Positions 1 through 10,371 of a stretch of 64,000 bases of DNA are shown piece after piece (position 1 is the stretch's first letter; each line of letters starts with the position of its first letter). The stretch lies in NCBI RefSeq assembly GCF_902459465.1, contig NC_047067.1, forward strand, positions 62,001 through 126,000, in the 5' to 3' direction. The stretch comes from Asterias rubens (lineage: Eukaryota). A program made the translations under genes and the position numbers. A model generated the notes under the pieces. The model was not told where the DNA came from and ran no database searches. It was given only the letters and a program-made list of their open reading frames with translations.

Positions 1-20
1 GAAAGGTGTTTATGAATGGG

Positions 21-165
21 AATCAAAGTGTGTTGAATTGGTTTTCAACCCGCCGAGGCCTGGTGCGTGATAATTTACCCCGACTTCGTCTTGGTAAAAT
101 TATCAAGAACCCGGCCTCGTTGGGTTTAAACCACTAGTTGAAAACCTCTTTGCCACACATTGATT
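21..165. mobile_element. Palindromic MITE-like element
   Basis: Imperfect terminal inverted repeats (aatcaaagtgtg..ggttttcaac / gttgaaaacc..cacacattgatt) plus an internal inverted pair (ccgaggcc / ggcctcg); non-coding. Confidence 0.5.
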
Positions 166-295
166 CTATACATTTTTGACATCTATTTTTAGACTTTGGT
201 TATAATGGCCGTTCAATGGTCATTTTACATGATGTAGAAAACTAAAAGTTTGTCATGTTTTATCCATTTTGTCAATGTTTCCTTTCTAAATACAG

Positions 296-2357
296 TTCAG
301 GAGATCCTCTTGATACATTACTAGCTCTAGACGTAAAGAAAAGTGAGATCCATAAGATGGATTCTTTAACTCCCCTTCACCGGAGTGAAATGCTGCAACA
401 ACCTTCCTCTGATATCGAAGCTAGAACCGATCCTAACCAAGAGTGTCAAATCGTAAACAGACCTGGCAACTATTGGCTTCACTCAATCAAGAGGAAACAA
501 ATTGCTTGTAGGAAGGCTTCACCGTCTGCCAAGCGTAGAGAAGGGACTGGAGGTGCTGGATCCAATTCCACCAATGAAGAAGACTTGAGGGAACTCAGCA
601 TGATTAACGAAGATCCACTCTCTTTCGTGCCCAAAAAGAAGAAAGCAAAGAAGTACGTTTATCAAATTCCCCCTGAGAATTCTGGCTTTGTTCAGGCAGG
701 TGAAATATCTGAAACTGCTGTTGATTGGCAAGAGCCCTTGGATTGTAGAATGGACAACCAAAATTCCCCTTTACAAGTTGTGAGTGATGCTACCAGCAGA
801 ATGAATGCAGAGCAGCATCATGGTAAGGTGGTACAAGTGGAGATGTCATCAGTTCTTCCTTGGGAGTTGGAGGGTCTGACAAAAATTGAGAGGAACAGGA
901 TCAGAGCTCGGGAGGGAATGAGGAGGCACAGGGAAAAGTTGAAGATGGCAAAGCTTTCTAACCAAGGTTGGCGATGCCATGAAATGCCAGGGATTTCGCC
1001 TGTTGTGGAGAAGACACCCATACCTCCAGGTTCTAAGACTGTGGTCCATAGAGGCTATTTGTCTGCCAGAGAAAAAAAAGGGGGTAAGAGGCTGAAATCA
1101 GATTCACTGAAAGGTTCCAGAGGTAATTCTACCCACAGTAAAGATTACATGATTGCGACTGATGTTAGCACCTCCATAAGAATGTCAGACCTGCCAGTAT
1201 TGTCAGGCGAGGATCTGAATAAGAAAACATTCCAGGTATTTACACCAGTTGTAGCTGAGACCGAGTCAAACATAACATCATTGCATAAAGGTTTGTTTAA
1301 GACAGAGCTCCCTGAAGTACATGTCAAGGGTCTTGGCAAAGAAGCTTTCCGTCTATTTTCGCCAGTGGCAGCTGATGCTACTGCTGTCCAAACTGTTAAT
1401 CCAGGAACACATGTCTCGCCAAATAGGAGGGACAGGAGGAGAAAAGGCTGGTTAAAATCGGAACAAAGATTTGAGAAGAATGCCACCTTGCTTGAGATGC
1501 CAACAAACTCACCAACTCATTCATTGCCAGCATCAGACCAAATTGATTTTACACAGGAACCTTACAGAAGCATGAGCTTGCGTGAACGGAATCGAGTCAG
1601 GGCCAGAGAAGGAATGAGAAGATATCGGGAACGACTAAAAATGGCTCGACAACCATCTCATCCAGCACATCAGAGGGTGGCACACATGTTGCCACGTTCA
1701 GGTAGAGGTACATTCAAACGTGGTTCTCACAAAAAGGAGTTAGACAAGGGGACTGTTTCAGTTGAGGAACCAAGTGGGGTACCTAGGGAGGTTCCCACAA
1801 AGAATCCCAACTCAATGGTGTCGTACTCTGAGATGGTAGAGTATCGAAAGACTGAAATCATGAAGAGACGACGCTCTATCCAGTTGCTTAAAACAAACAC
1901 AGTGAGAAACAAGGCAAGGTTCAGTCAAAGATACATCAAGGAAGGGACTCCACAAGGAGAATCAAGGTCTCAGGGGGTTTTCATCAAAAGGGAGACAGTA
2001 TCAGAAGAAGAATCAGAGGAGCACATGAATGATCCTAAATTAAGTCATGTGAATTTGTTTCCGATTGTGCGACAGCGGGAACAGGGGAGTACAAGTAATG
2101 AAAAAACAGACCAAGAGAAATCCGTGTGCGAGGAGACTCAAGACAACCAAAGCTTGGCAACAGTGTCGTCCATAAGTATTGCTGATGAGGTTGTGGGCAA
2201 TGCAGAGAAGGAGAGATTGGCCTACATCGAGAGGATGAAAAAACATCTTGAAGCGATCCGGAGAAGGAGGCGTATAGATGAGAAAATAGCATGTGGTATG
2301 GACAGGCACGCTGCAATCAGGTACGTACCATGTACATTATGTGTGTGTGCAAAATAA
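296..2357 (+). CDS. Large terminal coding exon of an uncharacterised basic, low-complexity, probably nuclear protein; 5' exons lie outside the window
   Basis: 700-codon ORF 255-2357 in AT-rich DNA. A pyrimidine tract + CAG acceptor at 294-295 suggests the ORF's first 14 codons are intronic. Contains NLS-like PKKKKAKK, two copies of ERNR(I/V)RAREGMRR(H/Y)RE(K/R)LKMA and a SUMO-like IKRE motif. Confidence 0.75.
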
Positions 2358-3090
2358 GAGGTCCACTCTATCTTGGAACAGTTAATGCGTCCTTGATTGT
2401 CGACCTATCTGTGAAACAATTAACTCTTTCACCCCCAGTGTTAACTTCTCTATAGTTGACTGCATTATACTACGCTTGATCCCCAATGGCAACTTTAGTC
2501 AACCAAGATATGCTCAAGCTTGGGCATAAAGGCTACTTGTTTAAAAGCTGTTGTTTTGTCAAAGTTTATCCTCCTTTACCAATTTTTTTACAAATATTAG
2601 AAAGGGAAAGATCAGATATGTTCTAATGATGGTAAAATAAAACAAGGTATTGACCCCTTGCATGCACATCACATGAGGCAACTGTGCCACGCTCACCATG
2701 TTGGTGGGCAAAGGTTTACGTGTAAATGCTGCGCACTTCACTGAATTACGTATGGTGACAGTGAGATTATTCTGATGATGACATCAGGTGAATTGGGTCA
2801 ATAGTATTATATTAACCCATCAAATTAAATCATAAACATGTAGTGTGGTACACAGTGTTGTTTAACTATTTGCTTTCCACAATGTATGTATCTTATTGTT
2901 GAGTCAAAATGAAATAAATGGTTTCTGTCTGTGACGAGGAGATTTCATTACCATACAAACAAAAATAAAAAAGGGGAATTTGAAAGATCCGAAGTGCCAT
3001 ACAGCCATGTTTACAGAACACGACAAGGAAGACTTGCCCATTTTACCTTCCACTAACTGCTTTTCCACATTTTCTTGCTCTCACAAAAAG

Positions 3091-3219
3091 TTCCTCAAAA
3101 TGTGCTGCTAAGAAAGTTATCATTGCCAAGCTAGAGTCAGAGGAGGATATCGCTACTAATGATGAGGAGACACTGTGTACCAGGCCCCAGGCACCAAACC
3201 TATGAACCAACCACTATAG
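3091..3219 (+). CDS. Possible alternative short exon of the same upstream gene (SSKCAAKKVIIAKLESEEDIATNDEETLCTRPQAPNL*)
   Basis: Pyrimidine-rich acceptor ending AAG at 3090, same phase as the 296 exon, open frame to TGA 3203-3205, donor G|gtatgt at 3219/3220. Confidence 0.3.
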
Positions 3220-3756
3220 GTATGTGGGAATTGTGTTACTGTCACTTGTTGTGTTTTATTGGGTGTAGTCAAAAGAAGGAAATGTAACTTCCCATGGTAG
3301 GAGTACAATCAAGTGAGGTTTGTAGTGACATCGTGTATAAAATACTCTCTTTATGAGTTGTGGTGGTTCTGAGAACAACCAGTGGTTTCAACTTAGCTTT
3401 TCGATCAGATGCTCTGATTGTCTTTAGAGGATTCTTATCTGTTGAAAAATTAGTGGATCACAAAACTGAATCTTTAATATCAATTTATATTTATAACAGA
3501 TCCCTGTTCACTGATGCAACCATATAAAACGCTCAATAAAGCCACCACTGTGAACCTGAAGCTCACCTCCTGACAGATGTTTTCTTATTGTTTTACTTTA
3601 TAGAGGGTCAACGATGCACCTACTTAGTTTGTTAGGAGCAAGAAGAGACAGGCCTACAGACAAGGAACAGTGAGTTTTACAACACTGTCTTGACTTGGGT
3701 TTTATTATTGTATTTAGGCATCACACATGAGCACTAGCAGATTCCACTCAATTAGG

Positions 3757-3860
3757 TAGGGATTGGAATCACACACAAGCTCCAGCCTGAGGTGGGATTC
3801 AAACCAGGGTCCACAGAGGTGAAAGGCTGATAAAGAATCCACTGACCCAATCTGATCCCT
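3757..3860 (-). mobile_element. tRNA-derived SINE head (degenerate)
   Basis: Minus strand has A-box-like TGGGTCAGTGG and B-box-like GGTTTGAATCC; a related ggtccacagaggtgaaaggc segment recurs at ~50934-50990. Confidence 0.5.
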
Positions 3861-5174
3861 CACTTTTATAAAAGTTCAACCAAATGCAATGGTTTTTCAG
3901 TTAATATAGTATACTGGGAGACTTTGGAACTCTTGGTCACAGGAATCTTACCGGGTTACGAAATTCTGCACATGCACATAATTCTGAGATTTCAGATATA
4001 ACATGATTGATAAGGATGTCGTAAAAATGTTAATCGTAATTATTGTAGGTTTTGAAGGAGAGTAGTTTTGATATTTTGCAGCAGGTGGCTTTTGCACAAA
4101 CACATCTTATCATATAACATAACGATGCGTTCATCTTTTATTTTTTTATTTTTTATATTTAAAATGATATTTTGAAGCCTTTACTTTTTTCTTCAAACAA
4201 ATTTATAGCTAAGTATTTTGCAACGGGAATATATAGCAAAATTGATCAGAATCATGAAAACCAAAATTTGGCCTTAAATTATTTGCAATAAATAATCAAT
4301 AGCTTTGCGTCTCTTTAAAGACCCAAAATGTATGTAGTGTGAGCTAGTACCCAAAGATGACACTTTACCAGAAGCATAACTACAGAGTCACCATTTATGT
4401 ATCACCATTTATAATCTGTAAAAGGGAGATGGGATGCTGATATTAATCATCAGACACTCAAACATTTAATTGGTGTCTAACAGGAACGTTCTTTGGTTGG
4501 AAATCACATGCAGAAGGTTTTATTTTCACAACTTTTAGGAAAGAAGTTTAGTTTGCCACAATTTTGAGATATGAGTTTTAATCACGGGTAGAGTATACCT
4601 CGCTTTGTGTATCATTAGTTACAACTACGATACAATTTTGTTCGTAAGTTATAGTTGAGTATCTTTGAAGTAAACGTATAACATCGCTAATTTATTGCTT
4701 AAACTTTTGTAAAATTTTGTGGGGTTTTTTTTATACAAAAAATGTTTTAAACAGTATTCATAATGGTCGTCATAATAACACATAGTTTAATGTGTTGTCA
4801 ACCATCTGGGCCAAATTTCATAGAGCGTTACAACAACTAGCTAAGCAAAATAAAGTTATACTTCCCAGAAGAAGATTACCAGCTTGAATACTATGTCACA
4901 TGTATCATTTGTGACTGGTTTCCTGCCAGTATCTGCTAAGCAACTTTGGATGATTTGTTTACCCTTGTGCCAATTGCACAGCAATTTCAGAAATTTCAGT
5001 ATCATTTTGGAGATTTTACATAAAAACAACAATTCTTAAGTACATGTACATGTATCTTGCTCTGCTTACTGTAAGCACAGCGCTTATGAAAGCAGAGAAT
5101 TCCGCACTCAAGTCAAGCACAGGTTATGGCAGCAGTTTTTTTCCTTTGTTAAGGTGTTCCTTTGGGTTCTACTT

Positions 5175-5256
5175 GAATATTTCAAGTGGCACCAAGACTA
5201 TGACCAAGGGCTTATTGGCAATTGCCTTTGTTGCCTTCGTGAAGTATCAGGCCTGC
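5175..5256. repeat. Interspersed repeat family (ggcaccaag...gttgccttc(g/a)tgaagtatca)
   Basis: Related copies at ~40590-40675, ~46500-46570 and, inverted, ~36660-36780. Confidence 0.55.
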
Positions 5257-6378
5257 ACATTTCCTTGTAAAAATACAAACAGAAAATAAGGGCCCAATTT
5301 TATGGAGTTACTCGATTGGGTAAAATAGTTCAATGATTTAAATTTCTATGCAAAATCAACGTTGGACCAGCCACCAGCTTATAGCATAAACCATGTACCA
5401 CACTTACCCTGCTTTGGATTACACATTATATGTGTGCTTAGCACGTTTTTTGAGCAGCTCTGCAAAATTTACAAATGGAAGTTCTGGACATAAGAAAGTC
5501 GAACAGTGTTTTAATATAATTTATACTGTATTCTTTCATATTTTTATAATTCTGAAATACACATACATTGTACCCTGTAACTCATACCCTGTTAAGCTTC
5601 ACTTTGGTAGTCTTGACCAATACCTTGCAGTATTGAAGTCTGGCTTATAGGTTCCGTCTGCCAGTTCGAGGACGGGCTCAAACGCTCCGCCTAAAGGTTT
5701 GAAGTCTTGACTCAAATCGCACATTTTCAAAATGTATGTGAGGAATAGTGGTTCCAGGGGGGGGGGGGCATAAAGTGACTACAAAGTCAAGACGAATACA
5801 TTATTGTTTGTGCTATTTTTAGTTTTCTTAATACATGTAATTTTTGTCGTTGGCAAAAAATGACAAAGTCCAAGTTATACATGTAGTGACATACTTTTGC
5901 AAAGAAAATAAAAACTATGCTATTGGAATTTCAAAGTACCGTTGTCATATTTTCGTTTTATAGCCGCCAAATCAACCGCCGAAAACCTTTCAGCAAAAGC
6001 TACGGCCGAAACGTAGCAACAAATGTAATAAAAAGGTATACATGTAAATGTACATGTATACAGTTACAAGAACAGTTTTATCACCGTAACAACCACAATA
6101 TTTAATATATTCAATCACATGTATCTGCAATCAAAAGTGGGTTTATTTGTACAGCAGAATGATTTTCAGCATGAAGGAAGATATTTAAGAAAATTTATAC
6201 ATTTTATTTGAGTCCCCTGAAATTGCAAAAACCGATCTCCAAAGCGCTCGACTCACAACACACCGAAAACTATTAATGTACAGAGAAAAATTTGTTTCTC
6301 AAAATTGAACGAAAACAGCACCAAGTAAGGCTGTCTCGGATTCTGATGTGAAGTTCAACCGCTATAACTAAAGCCCAA

Positions 6379-6878
6379 CGGTCGATTTCACAAAGAGTTA
6401 GGACTCGTCTTATCTCGAGTTGGGGAGTTTATCGTCCTAACTTATGAACCGTTTGTTATAAAATGCATATGGTTAGAAAGAAGATTTGTAAGTAGAATAC
6501 AAATCCACAATGATCCACACACATTTGCCTCGAAATTGGGTGGTTTTCTTTTTACTTTGCGAACTAACACTGTCGGCCATTTATGAGACTAGAAAATTTG
6601 ACTCCCATAACTGTCCGACTGTGTTTGTCGGCAAGTTAAAAGGAAAACCACGCAATTCAAGTGATACTTGTGTGGTTCATTATATTCTACTTATAAAATA
6701 TCTTTGTAATCATATGCATTTAATAACAAACGGTTACAAACGCCATTCAAAGACAAACTCGAGCGATCCAAGGCAACGGGTTCCTTTAAGGTCTGCATGC
6801 TACAGTTCAGGGTTTGGGACTCGTCCTAAGTCCTAAAGATTAGTCCTATAAGTTAGGAATAGTTTTGTGAAATCGACG
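6379..6878. mobile_element. MITE (gtcgatttcacaaagagttag TIR family) with a second, 5'-truncated palindromic MITE nested at ~6447-6785
   Basis: Outer ends gtcgatttcacaaa / tttgtgaaatcgac match the intact copy at 50783-50931; the inner sequence matches the 11075 and 20792 element family. Confidence 0.7.
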
Positions 6879-7977
6879 GCTGGTTATTTAACTTGCTAAA
6901 CTCGGTTTACAGAACTAACTACTAGAGAGGTTTGGTATCTTAAAGGTGGTAACTTTTTGGTTTTGTCATCGTCGGATTTGTAAGCAAAGGATACAATAAT
7001 TTCTAAGAAGGATATAATAATTATCAGACGAAGTCATTTAATAGCAGGATGCTTATTACTGCCATTAGCCTACCAACAAGTGCGATTTCTAAAAGAAATT
7101 ACCCCCTTTTCTTGGTCAAATGATTAGCATACCATTAAATTCACTTTACACAGCAATCACTGCCCGCTGATAAAACAAAATATGGGATCCACCTGATATA
7201 CAGAACTATATTTAAATTACAAGGAAACTATACGCATTGTAAGAAGAACCTATAAATAATAGTAAACTTGCGGGTACAACCATGTGTTTGTACTTATAAC
7301 TTCTTCTTATTTCTCCACACCATACAAAGCTTCAAACAATACTTATACGCATTGTATACACAAACAAATTCAGCTGTAAAATGAAAACCTATAAAAATTT
7401 GAAGCCTTTTTTAGTTGGATTGAAGACTGTTGGTTGGTGATGATCTGTATGGTTCAGCACTTGGGGGCCAGTGGTAAGAGTTAGGTTGTAACATTGGTAC
7501 ATGTCGGCTCCTTCTATGGATAACGGCAAGTGGGATTGCACCATCCATCTCTGTAATGCACGGATGAAACATTTTCATATTCGTTAAACCTCTGCCAGAT
7601 AAACGAAAAATGTGTTTTTCTCTAAATCAAATAAGTCATGCGCTTTGATCTACTTCTTTAGCACTGATGATACTATATGTTTTCCCAAAAGCTCTTTGGA
7701 ATATATAACTCTAGGAATTATCAAAAAGTGCAAATGCCATCATTTTGATGAGTTAATACTTTTTCGTCAGCAGTGGCTCAACCCTGGTAATGAAACAACG
7801 AATAATAGAGAAAACCTGAGGAGTCCTGTCGTAGGTCGTTGTATATTCATTGGGAGACGAGGGTTCCAATGAGAACCAAATAATATCCCATTTGGGATCA
7901 ATATAGCGTGACACAGGAACATCAACATTGGTAAAGAGGATATAAATAAGAATGTTACAATATACCGATCTTTATAA

Positions 7978-8091
7978 TTACTGTGTACCTTTCTCCAGTG
8001 AAGAAGGTCCCTGGATTCCGTTGCTTTTGATGACTGGTTCTGGCGTTGGGGCTGGAACCATATATCGTGCACTGTTCCTTTTGCGTCGCCT
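7978..8091 (-). CDS. grin1: grin1 coding exon 16 (terminal; [10 protein letters not shown]...SLEKGTQ*)
   Basis: Acceptor tttatacag|AGG, phase 0 after exon 15, stop TAA at 7980-7978; weak sequence conservation. Confidence 0.6.
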   Translation of the reverse strand, partial: RRRKRNSARYMVPAPTPEPVIKSNGIQGPSSLEKGTQ

Positions 8092-10336
8092 CTGTATAAA
8101 GACAAAGCTTGGATTGATTAGATTACTGTGTGACGCATGGACAACAGTTTAAACTTTTTAAGATTGTATAAACGTTCACGTTTGGTACTTACGGAGGCAC
8201 TGCGGGACCAACGGGACTGGGTTTCTTAAGGCAAGGAAACCATTTAAATGCCGTATGCATGGACACATCCTTCTTACATAATTCAGTGTGTTTTTATACC
8301 ATATATCTTTGTTTTTCTGTTATTCTTTTCTGGTTATTCTGAGCTGCAGTGAACCATTTGATTAGCCCATCAGAGTTCTTCTTTTAAGATCCTTCAGTCT
8401 GATTCAAATGTCATTCTGTTCATTGACCATGTCAATGTCTGTTGGGCTATTGTTCACATTTGCTCCTTACATAAAAAAAAAACAAGGGAAACGTCATCGC
8501 TTGGCTTTCGCGAAGCGAAGTCGAAACGGAGGGAACACATAGAGATGGTTTGGGCTAACGCACCTTTCACAATGTAACAATGGAGTCCCTTATTTATTTA
8601 TTTTTTCAACAATCAAGTATATGTTTTTTGAAAAGAGAGTAGTAGAACAACAATTATAGCATGATCACACAAACCGGATTTGCAAATTGCTCTTGTTCAT
8701 GGAGTCAAATGAAACGAGAACTGCCTAGGATACAAGCACTAACCCTTACTGTCCCTCTCCAGTTTGACACGGCGACCCTGGCAAGCTCACTCTGTCTTTC
8801 TTTGGCTTGCTGATGACGCTTGCAGAAAATTTCTAGGCGATTGATAACAAAACCAACCAGGAACCCACCGGCAACAAGAAGGAAGACCCCTGCACAACAA
8901 AACACACATTTCACCAGTAAATATCCCACAAAATTCACGTGGTGTGGTTAAAACTACGACTCCCGAGGTGATCCCCGGAGCGTTCTATTTTCCCGAGGCG
9001 CAGCCGATGGAAAATGGAACGGTCCGGGTTAGCACGAGTTAAAGCAGTCAATATTTGTTTTATAACGCCCCAACAGACTAATTATCATCCTCGTACACGT
9101 AACGTTCGTACACGTAACGCTCGTACGCGCGTTTCAGATACACAGATGCACAACTGATTGGGTTCGAGGTGGGTAAAAAGACGTCTGGGTACTGCACGCC
9201 GTTTGATATTCGTCGGACAATCACACGGCAAACGATGCAATATCACACGGCAAACGACGCACTATCACACGGCCGCCGTCTATTAAAACTAAGACATACC
9301 ATGTGACGCGCTCTAAACCAATGAAAAGGCAGAATATTTAATGTATGCAGGGTATAAAGAATATTCATGGACATGTAATTTGTGTTTTACCCTTAGCCTA
9401 CATGAAGTGTAGGCATATTCTCAGTATTTTGGATATAATTTACTTATAAAATAGTTATGTAATGTTACACGATCTCCTGGCATAACCTCAGAATACGTTG
9501 AGACTCGTTGGAGGTACGTCACTCATGGATTAAGGGAAACGAGGATGAATGGAAGCGGGACGATCATTGGAGGTACGTCAGTCATGGATTAGACATCAGC
9601 CGACGTACGTCAACGTATAACAACATACGAGTAACTTCCCTCTAACGTATGTCAACGTACGCCAGCGTACCACGAACTTTCGGGCAACGTTCCAGAACGC
9701 ACACGTTCAGTACGCCGATAAATTGTCAACATGCTCAATATTTTTCTCGGGTTCGACGTGTTCCAAATTTTAAAAGAGTATCACAGCGTGCTTTTTACGG
9801 AAATATCATCAACCTACCCTAACTTATGTCAGCGTACACCAACGTATTTCCTATACGTTAGCATAAGTATACGTTCAGGCGATACGCCATGGTGTGACAT
9901 ATGCCCTTAAGGGACAGATAGCTGATAGTTGAGTTGGTAGAGCGCCGCCATGTTAATCCAGCGGTCACAGGTTGATCGTCCCGCTCCCATTCATCCTCGT
10001 TTCCCTTATGGTTATTTTTTTTTTACATGAAATTTTTAAAGACGCTTCATAAATAGATTTCAGTTTTGTACTTCCTATCGTTCGCTGGATGTAAACCTAC
10101 CTCCCATACTAGAAAGCCCAAGTGTTGTTGGCTGAATGGATTTCACCCCGCATTGCTGGGAGGTGATCCATGTATTTTCCAGCCCACCGATTTTCCCTTT
10201 TTCGTGAAACTCCAAGATGCGCAAAGATACCTGAAATGAACAAGATAATTGTTTAGACGCAATTTGTTTTTATTTTAGCCCCACTCAAACATTAACAACA
10301 CAACAACAACAACAATAATAACAACAACAACAACGA

Positions 10337-10371
<35 letters not shown>

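Noticed and set aside
885-960. bZIP domain in the first ORF
   Set aside because: The N-to-R spacing differs from the canonical basic region and no heptad leucine zipper follows.
2325-2357. C-terminal CAAX prenylation signal (…CTLCVCAK)
   Set aside because: The last four residues are VCAK, so the cysteine is not at the CAAX position.
5040-6062. Recurrent TACATGTA palindromes as a regulatory code
   Set aside because: The motif is scattered throughout the window without consistent spacing or position; it is likely a compositional background.
9911-9990. Functional tRNA gene
   Set aside because: The A and B boxes are disrupted by indels and no acceptor stem or cloverleaf can be drawn; it is treated as a SINE or pseudogene relic.
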